Below are positions 1 through 12,918 of a stretch of DNA of 64,000 bases, in pieces (position 1 is the first letter of the stretch; each line of letters starts with the position of its first letter). The notes beneath the pieces are model-generated. The model had not been told where the DNA came from and ran no database searches. It worked only from the letters and a program-made list of their open reading frames with translations. This stretch comes from the human T2T-CHM13v2.0 reference genome, Homo sapiens: the NCBI RefSeq assembly GCF_009914755.1, contig NC_060929.1, one strand, 5' to 3'. Both the position numbers and the translations under genes were made by a program.

Positions 1-129
1 GCTGAATATACTGATACATTGGTTTTTTATCTCAGAACTCATTGCACTTAACAATTTACAGGCTAAAACCTTTGAAGAGAAATTTATTATATCCTACACA
101 GAACAATCATTTATTACTGCTCATAAGTC

Positions 130-950
130 TACTGGTAATTGGAATTGTACTGGGTTCCCTTGTATGCCTGAGGTGAGTGTCAGGCCAGTGGGGTGGCTCT
201 GATTCTAGGGTCTGGATGGTGTATTAGTCTGTTTTCATGCTGCTGATAAAGACATACCCAAGACTGGGTAATTTATAAAGAAAAAGAGGTTTAATGGACT
301 CACAGTTCCATGTGGCTAGGGAGGCCTAACAATCACGGTGGAAAGCAAAAGGCACGTCTTACATGGCGTCAGACAAGAGAGAATCAGAGGGCCAAGCGGA
401 AGGGGTTTCCCCTTATAAAACCATCAGCTCTTGTGAGACTTATTCACTACTATGAGAACAGTATGGGGGAAACTGCACCCATGATTCAATTATCTCCCAC
501 TGGCTCCCTCCCACAACATGTGGGAATTATGGGAGCTACAATTCAAGATGAGATTTGGGAGGGGACACAGCAAAACCATATCAGATGGTTATTGGCTGGG
601 GCCACTTGCTTCTACTCCGTGACGTCTCTCATCTTCTAGCAGGCTAGCCTGGGCTTGTTCATATGGCAGCACAGCAGGATTCCCAAAGTAACAGTGGAAG
701 CATGCAAAGTCTCTTTAGATTTAGAATCAGAACTGATACCATAATGCTTTGGCTGCAATTTATTGGCCAGAGAAATTCATAAGGCCAGCCCAGATTTAAG
801 AGGTAGAGAAAAGACCAGCCCAGACTCAAGAGGTGGAGAAATGGAATTAATATTTTGATAAGAGAAGCTTTAAAGTCACATTGCAAAGCATTGTGGAGAG
901 AGGGAAGGGATTAATTGAGACCACTTTCTGCCAATCATCTACCATAGTTA
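130..950. mobile_element. Old MaLR LTR (MLT1-like), interrupted by the THE1 LTR
   Basis: Diverged MLT1-type segments on both sides of the THE1 (caggctagcctgggcttgttcatatggcag; ttattggccagagaaattcataaggccagcccaga). Boundaries are approximate. Confidence 0.45.
220..583 (-). mobile_element. THE1B-like solo LTR (ERVL-MaLR)
   Basis: 364 bp from TGTATTAGTC to AAAACCATATCA, the reverse complement of the THE1 consensus. Perfect 5-bp target-site duplication GATGG at 215-219 and 584-588. Confidence 0.9.
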
Positions 951-1149
951 TAAAGGTGTTAAGAGGGCTGGAGGAATAGAAGGAAGGAGTATGCTAAGGA
1001 TTAAAAAGAAGAAGGAGGCCTCTTGGTAAGGATGCTGCTGGTCTGGAGCTTTCATGGGCAGTGCTGGGGCCTCAGAGGGACATGTGTCATGCTGCTGCTG
1101 CTAGAATTGCTGAAGAGACAGCAAACTCTGCCAATGCTAGAATCAGGAT

Positions 1150-1152
<3 letters not shown>

Positions 1153-1180
<28 letters not shown>

Positions 1181-1208
1181 GAGACGGAGTCTGGCTCTGT
1201 CGCCCAGG
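1153..1208 (-). mobile_element. Extremely 5'-truncated Alu (28-nt body plus A28 tail)
   Basis: T28 then GAGACGGAGTCTGGCTCTGTCGCCCAGG. Flanked by CAGGATGACTT at 1144-1154 and 1205-1215. Confidence 0.9.
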
Positions 1209-2225
1209 ATGACTTCTTTCTTGCTGCCAATGAGTCACATTGGCTGAACCTAACCAACAGCCCTGGCAAGGGAATCTGGGAAGTGCAGCATGTAGGCTTC
1301 CAGGGCTGGCAGTATAGAGCAGAGTACAGAAGCTGTGGGATTCTTATCATTGCAAAGTTTGAAGACCCATTGCTCTAATATGCTATGATTCCAGGGCAGT
1401 AGTAAAATGTAAGCCCCATTCTATAGAGGAACACTGGCTGAGTCAACTGTGAAGTGGTGAAGGATTCCCAGGGAATTACTCTTGTTGATTTCGCACTGTG
1501 GCTTGGCTATGGGTAGAGTTGTGATTAGATAACTCATTTGAAAGGGCAAGAAAGTCAGATTTTAATCACATCATTATCTTGAAAGAGGTTATCTCTATGG
1601 AGAAAGAATAGATATAAAAATCTGATGTTTGCCAGCTGATGTGCTGTTTGGTGAATTGTCTTAGCTATTAGGACAGAGAATATTCACATGCATGTGTACG
1701 TGAGTGGGGTGTAGAGGGATGGACAATCAGAATGAAAAACTTCAAGGATGTGAATCACATGGAAATGATTAAGCAAAAAGCCAGTCTGCCAAAAGTCTGT
1801 CAGAAGACACAACTCTAGATTCTTTAATGAGAAAAAGAGATTTATAGGCATATTATTAGAGAAATCCAGTAGCTGCCATTTAGAGCCGATTACAAACTAC
1901 TCCAGTTGTGTGGACACCCACAGGATGGGGTAAGGGGCAGGAAGGCAGAAGAGAGGGGAACAAATAGCACAAGGACATTTGCTACTGGGTAGTTTATAAA
2001 AATTCCACACTGAACACCTCAGATGCTTAATTATGGATCCTGTTGACATTTAAACACACAATGGACTGATCTGGAAGACTAATGTGTTGAAAATATGCAT
2101 GACTTTCCTATAAGAACTATTTATCAATGATTTACCCTGGTCAATTGCTGTTTAAAATTGGCTTGCAAATGTGAAAAAACATAGCCACATAATCTTAGCT
2201 CTTTAAGACACTTTAGAAATCACTG

Positions 2226-2575
<350 letters not shown>

Positions 2576-2685
2576 CTAAAGCAGATAGTCTGAGGCCACA
2601 CAGCTGTCTAGAACTCAAGCTTCATGGCTCCCAGCCCAGTGGGTTTATATTCCCCCCAACTTTGACAATATTTGTACCTTGTAAC

Positions 2686-2826
2686 TTTTTTTTTGTTTGT
2701 TTTCTTGAGACAGGGTCTCACTCTGTAGCCCAGGCTGGAGTACAGTGGTGTGATCATAGTTCACTATAAACTTGAACTCCTGGGTTCATGCAATCCTCCC
2801 ACCTCAGGTGCCACCATGCCTGGCTG
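2686..2826 (-). mobile_element. Old Alu monomer/fragment (FRAM/AluJ-like)
   Basis: T-rich tail then GAGACAGGGTCTCACTCTGTAGCCCAGGCTGGAGTACAGTGG. Confidence 0.75.
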
Positions 2827-4200
2827 TACCTTTTGTTTTGACAGAGGCTTGGTCTATATCTAAGTGAAACTTGAATGCCATGTTTTCTAGATTCATCAGA
2901 ATCACCTATGGGGACTTTTTCAAAATAGATATGACTTAGACCCAACCCAAGTCTTCAGAGGCAGAACTCAGAGGTGAGGGAGCAGAGACTTAGGAGTGTT
3001 TATTTAAAAATAAACCTTGTTATGAGATTCTGAAGCCCTGCCTGCCATTTCCCTTGCCCCACCTTGTGCTAAGAATATATTTTAAGGCACTGTTTAGCAG
3101 AAAGGAGATTTCTTTCCTGTCTACATACTTTCAGTTGGGTAAGTCTTTTGCCCAAAGCTGATCCTCCACTGAGGGACTTCCCGGGAGGCTCACATGGAAT
3201 ACACACCCTCAGTAGGGATCTCTGTGGGCACGTCCTTTGCATTGAAGGATCAGCATGGAGTCATGATAAAGGCATTAGCCATCATCAAGTTGACTCCTTC
3301 AAGCTTCTGGAGTCCAGAGAAGTGTGGAATGATGTCCAGTTCAGGCCACCTTGAGGACTGATCCCCAGGCACCAGGCTGTTGGTGTGTTCACTCAATGGT
3401 GAGTGCCAGTTACAATCAGGGAGGGGAGCCAGCGCTAGGGATAAGTGGGTCTGAGGAGACCTTGTCTTTCTTGTCCAGTGCAATATCTGCAGCTCCTAGA
3501 ACATTTCCTGGCACATGCTAGGTGTTCAGTAAATATTTGTTGATTGAATGAATGAAACGGAGTCCCTTATGGGTGTCAACGGTGAAACATCTGATTTTAA
3601 TGTATCTTGAGTCACTCCATGTTCTCTTTCTAGAAGTGTGGTTGGATTCTGAGTGTAGTTGGGATTCATCCAGTAAAGCTCCATGAGGCTTAATATGTGA
3701 TGATAAATCATAACCCTCCTAGGTGCTCAGAATCAATTTCACATCTCATCTGTTATCATGAGCAGAAGGTGTGAGAAAGTCCCCTTACAGCGGTAATACA
3801 TCAGCTCACAAAAATCAAAAATGCCTGAAGATTAGAGAAGGGAACACTGTTATAGTCCATGGTGCTTAATCAGCTACCCAGACATTGATGGATTTCAGGG
3901 GATATTTACATCTGAATCATGGCATCCAGAATGTCCCAAGCAGAACCCATAGTTTATGGGCAGCATAGAAGCAATTTATAAAATTCATTTCTTACTATCT
4001 ATAGTCAGAAACTAGGTCTCTCTTTGTAGAAATATTCTCTAACTAGAAAAATAAGAACAGAACTGGAGATGAAGCACTCTCTAGAACAATGAAAGTGCAA
4101 GGCTGCCAGAATCCTCACTGTGCCCATGACAGATAGGACTAACTGGTCGTAGTTTACTTTCCTGCCATGCCTGGGAGCAGCCTCATTGCTGCTGCTTCTT

Positions 4201-4540
4201 CTTTTTTTTTTTTTAAAGTTTTATTTTAACTTCAGAGGTATCTGTGCAGGTTTGTTACATAGGTAAACTTGTGTCATGGGGGTTTGTTGTACAGATTATT
4301 TCAGGTATTATACCTAATATCCATTAGTTATTTTTCCTGATTCTCTCCCTCCTCCCACCCTCCAATAGGTCCCATTGGGTGTTGTTCCCCTCTATGTGTC
4401 TATGTGTTCTCATCATTTAGCTCCCACTTGTAAGTGAGAACATGCAGTATTTGCTGTTCTGCTCCTGCGTTAGTTTGCTAAGGATAATGGCCTCCAGCTA
4501 CATCCATGTCCCTGCAAAGGACATGATCTTGTTCTTTTTT
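4201..4540 (-). mobile_element. L1 3'-end fragment (older L1PA/L1PB type)
   Basis: T-tract plus GTGCAGGTTTGTTACATAGGTAAAC...GGATAATGGCCTCCAGC. AGCCTCATTGCT flanks both sides (4179 and 4541), consistent with a TSD. Confidence 0.85.
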
Positions 4541-6280
4541 AGCCTCATTGCTTCTTAATCCAAGGCTCTAAGAAGACACTGCTGGTTGATCTGAGGTAGA
4601 ATGCTGAACTGAAACTCATTGACCATCACTGATCTAGAGTTTGTCTTTGATTATTATTTCTCTGGAAAGATATTAGCAGGCAATAAGAGAGAGTAAAGGG
4701 GAAAGCAAATGAAATACCAGGGGTTTGGAAAGAATCTTGAATTAGATCAGCTGGTCCTTTCCCTTTCTTCTGGGCAGGGTAATATTCAAAGTAATTGACT
4801 GAAGAATTCCTCAATGGCAGTGTTTCACTAATGGAGATTTTGGAGTCTATGCATCAGAATCACACTGGTGATAATGAAGGTACTTGTGCTTCTCTGAAGA
4901 CTTACGGAATCAGGACCTCTGGGTTTGAAGCCAAGGACACTGCATTAGGACAAGCATCCCAGTGTATCTTAGTGACTTTAAAGTTGGAGAGACACTGCCC
5001 TATGGAGACCTGGATTCTAGTCCCAGCTCTGCCATGCAGTTGCTTTGTGAACTTGGGAACGTCTCTTTCCTAAGCCTCAGTTTTGTCATCTTAAAGAGGA
5101 ATAATAACATTTGTTCCATCTGTCTGCCTCACAGGGCTGTCATGAGGCTCAATTGAGATGAAGGCACCTGAGAATGCTTTGGAAAGAAGTAAGTGCTGTA
5201 AACATGGGATATATTTTTGTCCACCTGTTAAACTTGATGGAGAGTTGGGAAACTGAGTTGGATTTTTAAAAGTGCATTATAAATTTACCAGGAGTCAGTG
5301 ATCTATGAAAAAACATGATGACATAGAAAAAACAAAACAAAACAAAACAATTCTGTTGAGTAGACCAGAGCGGTTGTTATCAACCATGGTTACAAATTAG
5401 AATCATCTGGGGATATTTTAAAACTACTTAAGCCAGGGAGCCATCAAGGCAGAGTTAAAGGAGAACTCCTGGGTAGGAGCTGGGCAATGGTGAGTTGTTG
5501 CATTTGGCTGACATCTAATACTGGATTTGAGAATCAGTTGTTGGCACTAAGGTGCTATTGAAACTTTCTAAGCAGGTAAGCGATGTCTCCTGTCATGATA
5601 GAAGCTTAAGACTGATCCAGAACAATCCAGACTTTGGTGGGTAGGAACACAGGTTTTGGGATTGGAGGGACTAAAGTTAAAATCCAGCTTTGCCTCATAC
5701 TAGCCATGTGGCCATTTGTAAATAACTTAATGTCTCTGAGCTTTAGTTTCCTCTCTAAAACAGAAATGGAGATACCTTGTATGGATATCCAAGATAAGAG
5801 TTGTAGGCAGAGCATCAGTACAGGACCTAAAATACTGTAAATGCTTAAGAAACGGTAGTTATCATGGTGGGCACTCTTATTATCCTTCTCAATCCCAAAC
5901 TTTCTGAGTGCTGGATAGTTGTCAGGGTTAGACGGGCTTGGTGGCCTGGGCTCTAATTGGTAAACTGTGCATCCTGATGTGATTTAGCACTGTGTTCAAT
6001 GCCACCTCCTTTCTCTGAAGGACTTCTGGAGAAGTTGCTATGCTTAAGCAAGCTTCTTTCCCTACAGCCATGTCTCAGGGATACAGAGTCAAAGCGTTCC
6101 CATTTAGGATGACAATATATAAATCACATGCACATTTATAATTTAAAATGCAAGGGAGGAAGTAGAACTTTTCAGAAGGCCACAAAGAATAAAAATATAA
6201 TTCACATAAAGACATTGGCATTTTCTTAGTGCTTACTGGCAGGTGGTTCCATTTTGGCCATTCTACAGTGAGAACTCCTG

Positions 6281-6603
6281 GGCTGGGCATAGTGGCTCAC
6301 TCTTGTAATCCTAGAACTTTAGGAGGCTGAGGTAGGAGGATTGCTTGAGCTTAGGAGTTTAAGACCAGGCTGGGCGACATAGAGTCCATTTCTACTAAAA
6401 CAAAAAAAAGCTGGATGTAGTGGCACATGCCTGTAGTCCCAGCTACCTAGGAGGCTGAGGCAGGAGGATGGCTTGAGCTTGGGAGGTTGAGGCTGCAGTG
6501 AGCTGTGGTCATGCCGCTATACTCCAGCTTGGGTCACAGAGCAAGAGTCTGTCTTAAAAAACAAACAGCTGCAACAAAAACACCCCAAACCCAACCAAAA
6601 AAA
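6281..6603 (+). mobile_element. Alu (AluJ-like)
   Basis: Diverged dimeric Alu with GAGGATTGCTTGAGC and GAGGCTGCAGTGAGCT (J-type) and a decayed A-rich tail. Confidence 0.85.
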
Positions 6604-7119
6604 GTGAGAAATTCTCAGCCAAGACTTACTGATGGCAGAAACACAAATAACTGATTTCATCTTGGAGGATCCAAGGAGATGTATTTTAGGTTTTGGAGTT
6701 TGCCTGTATAAAATTTTCACTAAAGGTGGGGGATACCTTCCTTATTATCGAAGCTTATGAGGGTGAGCAATGCATCCCTTCAAGAGAGAAGGGGCAGAAA
6801 ATCTTATCGATCTGGATCTATCTGCCTGCACCAGGGGACTTTGCTGGGATTTCATGTTCATCTTTTTCCTTCTTCTGTCTCCCTCTCATATCTCTGTGGA
6901 CTTTCAAAATATACAGCTGCTTCTGTACTAGCATGGTGGGTTCCTTACACCTTTTCAGTCCTTACTACTTTATAGACTCTAGAGGTTTGGAGGATTTTAG
7001 AGATCATCTGGTGGCTTCAAACTTGTGTCCTACAGATTAAAATGAAGAATTTTCTTTACACAAAATCATAGGGGAATGCCTGGAATGTGAAACAGGTAGG
7101 ATGAAAGCAGCTTTAGTGA

Positions 7120-7715
7120 TGTAGGGAAGGAGGCCTGACCTTCTGCACCCTATGAATGGGAAACACATCTGAAAGCAATAACTTAAGCATGCCCTGAGAA
7201 TGACCCTGAAAGGGAGACACACCTGAATGTGTCTTCTGAGTTTGAGAGTCCGGGAGTGGCCAACCTGGAGATTTCGTTCCTTGTCTATGAGGAACATCTG
7301 AGCCATTGGCTCATCCTGTAGGAATACAGGCCATACAGGGGATTGAGGCCCCAAATTTTGGGTTGAATGAAGTTTGCTAGGTGGAGATTGTTAGGGGGAG
7401 TGTTAAGTGAAAATGCTATAGAAACTGCATGCATTTTGTAAGTGGCTGTGGTTCTTCTGCCCAGCCTACCAGCACTGGACTCTATGTAAGGTGGTTTTCC
7501 TGTCCATCTCGCTGCTGCTGGACTGTATGTAAGGCAGTTCTCCTGTCCATTTTGCTGCTTCTGGACTGTATGTAAGGTAGTTCTCCTGTTCATCTCACTG
7601 CCACTGGACTCTCTCTCTGTATTTAAGCCCTAAGTCAAACTCCACGTCTTGTTTTCTGGCTCCGGGTCTGTCTGCAGCCAGCCTCTCAAACCTGGTGCCT
7701 TCCCCACTGCAGTCA
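7120..7715 (+). mobile_element. ERV solo LTR (ERVL, LTR47-like)
   Basis: Resembles the recalled LTR consensus (GAGAATGACCCTG..CACACCTGAATGTG; GTGAAAATGCTATA..AACTGCATGC; GGCTCCGGGTCT..CCTGGTGCC). Family name is uncertain. Confidence 0.55.
7448..7627 (+). repeat. 43-bp tandem repeat, 4 diverged copies, inside the LTR
   Basis: Units start at 7448, 7491, 7534 and 7577. Approximate consensus GTRGTTCTCCTGTCCA..CTGGACTGTATGTAAG. Confidence 0.85.
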
Positions 7716-10700
7716 CTCACAGTTGCTCACATCTCCCCAGGCGTTTTGCAGAGCTAGGTTTAATACAACTGAATACAACTGGTTCCATGAACTCTCATTT
7801 TGAAAATGAGCTGAGTCCCCAACAGGGAAAGTAATTGGCTCAAGGTCACGCACTGGATCAGTCCAGGACTTGAAATGAGACTTCCTTACCCTTTGCCACT
7901 ACCCCTAGATCCACAGATAGAGAAATCTGAAGGGTGACTGGAGACTGGAAAGTGAATGGCCCAACAGTGGATGCCTCCTCTTAGCCAGGCTGCCCCTTTC
8001 TTCAAAGCCTTATAACCCTCCACTCCATCTAGAGTCTTGAAAGAAAAATCATAAATAAAACTTCTCCCTGAACTGGCCTCTTTTCTGCCCAATATTTGTG
8101 TCCTTCTGGCTTGTTAATTTTAGTTTGGGAGTCAGAGACCTAGTGACAAACACTATCGTGCACTCTCCTTTGCTGCTCAATAAATGCTAATAAACCATAA
8201 TCTGCAATCCTATCAATCGCTGCTGCTGAACCAAAATGAAAGGGCAAAGATTACTTTGGTCTGAATTGGATTTGAAAAGGCTGAAAGAACAGGCTTTGAG
8301 TGCACAGTGGAAATGCCAGTTGAATATTAATTATAGCGGTACCGCTGGCCTGCAGAAGATGCAGTGGTTTAGCAATGAGAACTGGAGAGGGGTGATCAAG
8401 TGTGGAAAACATACTTGCACATGTGGAAGCTGAGAGTGTGGTTTCAAATGGAGCCAAGGGAGCCTTGGGGTTGCTTTCTGCAGCTCTCCTGGTGCTCAGA
8501 GAGGTCTTTCTGGCCTTCTAATTTGCTCTTATTTACTGCTCAGTATCACCAGGAAGACTCAGCCAGGAGCTATCTTAGGGGCATGTTTTAATTAGTGGCC
8601 TGGGGATTCAGTATGGAGCAGCAAGGTAGATGAGGGTTCCAGACCCTCTTTGCCCCACTAATTATTTTCTACATTCCAGGAATGAGATGCTCATGTCTCT
8701 AGTGATCCAGACACATAATTACAGTAAGTCTGCTTTGCGCAGTGGGGGCCTGCACACAAACACATGAAGCATTAATGGGATGGGGGCGGGGGACAGGGAA
8801 AGAAATTTGCTTAAGGTCCTAGTTAGCCATAGGGAAGGGATGATTTCTGTCTGTCTCAACCCGTGGCAAACTTTTAAGTTATGTATACTGAATAATTTCC
8901 TACAGATCAAACTGCCCAATAGATTGTGTGACTAATTATTTCTTTCCACTTAAAATGGGAACCTCCTGGTAGGCTGTATGTTCTGGTGCAATTATGTTGG
9001 CCCCAGGCCAGGGCCAGGCCATTTTAGCCACCTGAGGAGTGTGCTAATTGTCCTGAAGTATGCTGCCTGGTGTGTGTCTCATTGCTGTAGTGGTTTTAAT
9101 GGGAACTTCTAATTAAAAATGAGAGAGTCTGAGCTGGTGCATTCCTTCGGCATCAGAGGTTCAGGCAGGGCCCCTTCGAACACGCTGATGTGAGCCAGCC
9201 CATGATAGGAGCCAGCTGGGGCAGAAATTAATGTGCCTCTGGTTTGGTTTGGTTTTTCTACCAGGCATGGCTCTGGCTGTTAGAGTTGTAATTAGAACTG
9301 GGCCAACATTAACATGTCTTCTAGGGCACCAATCCTTCTCTCGGCTCTGTGTCAGTGTTTGTCGACTGTGTGCCTGTGCAGAAACTGGGAAGGAAGGAGC
9401 TGGGAAGTTTGAGCAACTGCCTGGGCCATGCCTCATAGACCAGAACCATCAATTTTCCCAGAATTTTGACAATTAGATCATCATCTGGTCTTTGCTTATG
9501 GGGAAAAGAAGGGGAGGCCGAGATAGAGACCACCTGGTATGGGGAAAGCCGGGGTGGGGGAAAGGTCTCTCCACATCTCTGCCTCCTGGTTTTGTGGTCA
9601 GGACGAGATGAGAGAACATTTTTATGAGCTAGTCCACTACTATCATTGGCCAAGGCCTGGTGCTAGCCTTGGGAAGACCTAAGGTTGAATCATTCATGAC
9701 CTGTGACTTCAGGCTCTGACATTCTAGCAGGAATGACTAAAAAACCCAACATAGACATGAGTAACTAGAAGCCTGTCTATATTAGGTTCCACAGTGTGAC
9801 GTACAAAGAACTTTGGAAGTTCAGTGAGTAGGGATAGCTTTATAGAGGAAGTGGTCCTTAGAGGTCTGAATTTGAGATTTGGGCTTTGAGCAGACATTCT
9901 AGGGAAAGAAAATGGCTAGAGCAAAAGCACGAGGTTGCAAAGTACAAAATGTGTTCAGAATGCCAACAGTGTGTAAGGGTCCCTGTAAGGTTCCCATGAG
10001 CATAGGCTCTGGGCTTGGTGAGGTGGGTCAAAGTCAGGTGATGGTGGCTGAGGGAGCACCTGGTTCAGGAATTGGGGCATGAATTCGTGATTTTTAACTT
10101 ATTTACTTTGGGAGTTATCTTAATATCCTTCAGGTTCCTTTCTTACCACCTGCGTACCCCGTCTGCCTCTCCCATCCAAAATCTATATTTGTGATTTGCT
10201 AATGCTTAGCCAGTCAGCATGTTTTCAGTTGACTTACTGGTGGCTTTAATTATCCTTTCCAGGAGCTGGATCAGTCTGGCTTCTAACATGTCTACTTAAA
10301 AAAAAAAAATTTCTTATTGATAGCTTGAGTGAAAGCTTCAAGGGCACTTAGGTGTAAACTGAATATGAGAACCATTAATTCAGAAAAATTTGGAACCCTG
10401 AGAAATCCTCTAGGCTAACCTCCTCATTTTAAAGGAGGAGAAGGAGAGGAGGAGAAAAGTCTCACAAGAAATTTGCAGATCTAGGAGCCCAGATCTCTTG
10501 ACTCTAAATTCAGCCAGAGTTTTTTTCACTATGCTATAGAAGGAGGGCTGCCTAGTGGGTGATATTTTGGACCCCGAAGTTGGGCAACTTGAGCTTGAAT
10601 CTTGGCTCTCAGCCACATACTTGTCTGCTGACTTTGGGAATGGTATCAAGCCTCAGGTTGCTCATCTATAAAATGGAACAAGGAAGTCAAATGGAAAAAC

Positions 10701-11023
10701 ACATTAGCATTTGTAGGGAACAAGGAAAGGAGGTATATTCCCTGTTTATCCTGTTGTATCAGCAGCAGTCTGATGTGTAGGCAGTCACTTCCATGGGGTC
10801 TTTTGGCCAAAGGTGATTATCTCCCCACCATGGCCTGCTGCCCTGCCCTGAGACCTCTCACTCCTACTCCCTCTTCAGGATGAAGTACTCTAAACAGCTG
10901 ATAAAATAGATGAGTTACCAAGACAGAATCTCACATTAGGTCATGATGTTCATTAAAACCATAGTCTGAATGATGTCCTCTGATTATCTTGAGCCAGTTG
11001 ACTGATGGTGGGGCCAGGAGGAT

Positions 11024-11206
11024 GATGCCCTGGACCCTCATTGGGTATTTGCAGCTTCTTAATAGCCACAAATCTGAAAAAGGCAACCCAGGACCTCAAA
11101 AAGCTATAGGGGTCCAACCCATTATCTCCCCTTTACCTCTGTCTCTGAGAGCAGCCCTCACTTATGATTTTCTTCAGTAGCAACATTCACAGTATTCCTG
11201 GGCACT
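11024..11206 (+). repeat. Local direct duplication, copy 1 (~183 bp)
   Basis: Aligns by eye to 12632-12812 with about 10 substitutions and one 2-bp indel. Confidence 0.9.
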
Positions 11207-12631
11207 TCCTACTTGGGAAAGCGTCAATGGGTCCATTTGGTAAAAGCCCCCATTGAGTGGTATCCCAGAAGTTCCATTTCCACATGAAACAGACCTTCTA
11301 AATCACTCTCTTCTGGCCACCAGGCAGGCTCATGGGGGTAACTAAGAGTAAAAGAGGTGACTCTCAGCCTCTGGTAAGTTCACATCTTTCTCGACCTCTA
11401 TTCCTTGCTCTTTAAGAGGAGGGCTTGTCTAGAAGCCTAGCAGATGTTAAGATGTTAAGCAGGTCTTGGATTTCCTTCTTAAAAGGAAACCCTCACTATC
11501 CGACATACCAGTCTGCTATAACTGGGGAAAGCAAATGTGTGCTTCTCTTTACATATTTGTCTTGTGCATCCAGTAAAAAGAACAAATGCTTATAAATATA
11601 CATTTCTTTTTCCTGTGGGAAGAAGATAAGGTCATTTTAAGGGCTCAGAAGCAACAGTTGGTGGTGCTTTGGAATTCATTTCTGCCTCTGCAGATGAGAA
11701 AAGAAAACACTGAGAGGTGCCTTCTTACTAGCGTAGGCCACCCTTCAATTCCAGGCTGCCCTCTGCAAACAAGGTGATATGAGGAGTTCTGGAAAGATCT
11801 TCTTGTCAAACAGATCTACTGAGTCCCCTGCCATGTAGCCTAATACTTTATTATTTTACCCTTTTGGGCAAATCTTTGTATTTTTAAACATTCAAACAAC
11901 CTTGGAAAGAATTGCCTGTTCATGTCTGATGAGATTGTTGAAGAGCCCTTGTTGAGGGGTGTCAGGAGACCTCAATTCTAGTCCCAGCTTTGCCTCCAAA
12001 TTGCTGGGTGACCCCAGTCACATCTGCCTATCTCTTACTTGAGTTTCATTACCTGCATGAAATGGTGACATTTTACATGCAGGAATATCTTTCCCCTCGT
12101 CTTGTGGGCACATAGGTTAGCTGGGATAGGAAGAGCTCTTGACACTGGAGAAAAACATTTTCCCCAAAGTCAAGTACCTGCTCAGTCAGCCTCCCTTTGC
12201 TGTTCTGGGGTCTTCAGACCAGAAGAGAAGCACACATTTTCTTTCCCCAGGCTCTGAGGATCCTACTGTATCCCAGGTGGTCTTGGTCCCTGCAGCACCT
12301 GGGCTTGCTTTTCCATAGGCCTGACCTGTGAGGAGTTGGCCCCTCTCACAGACCTACTAAGAGTCAGGGGAGACACCGTGGCAGTCTGCATATCCTCAGA
12401 GGAGGGGCTTCCAGGCAGGGCAGTGCTTGGACAGGGGCACTAGAGACTTGTCTTGGTGTTTTAATTACCTAGTAAGCAATTATGTTTTGTTGGGGGTGTG
12501 TGAGCGCAGGTGTTGTTGGAAGTTACAGGAGATGAAAGCTCCTCTTCCCCACTCCTTAGCATACCTTAGGGCCTGCATGAGGAAAAGAGGTGTTCTGGCT
12601 TGGGTTTGCCTCCTGACAGTTGGGGAGGGCA

Positions 12632-12812
12632 GATGCCCTGGACTCTCATCAGTTATTTGCAGCTTCTTAATAGCCACTAATCTGAAAAAGGCAATCCAGG
12701 ACCTCAAAAAGGCATAGGGGTCCAACCCATTATCTCCCCTTTACCTCTGTCTGACAGCAGCCCTCACTTATGATTTTCTTCAGTAGCAACAATCACAGTA
12801 TTCCTGGGCACT
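12632..12812 (+). repeat. Local direct duplication, copy 2 (~181 bp)
   Basis: Matches 11024-11206 at about 94% identity. Confidence 0.9.
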
Positions 12813-12883
12813 GCCATGTGCCAAGCACTGGGAACACAGCAGGGAATGAGTCCAGGGTTCCTCCCTCATGGGATTTTTCCACT

Positions 12884-12885
<2 letters not shown>

Positions 12886-12915
<30 letters not shown>
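12886..12915 (+). repeat. (TG)15 microsatellite
   Basis: Uninterrupted TG dinucleotide run. Confidence 0.95.

Positions 12916-12918
<3 letters not shown>

Noticed and set aside
7448-7627. 43-bp repeats as a CRISPR-like array
   Set aside because: The units are contiguous with no unique spacers, sit inside a mammalian LTR, and have no cas genes nearby.
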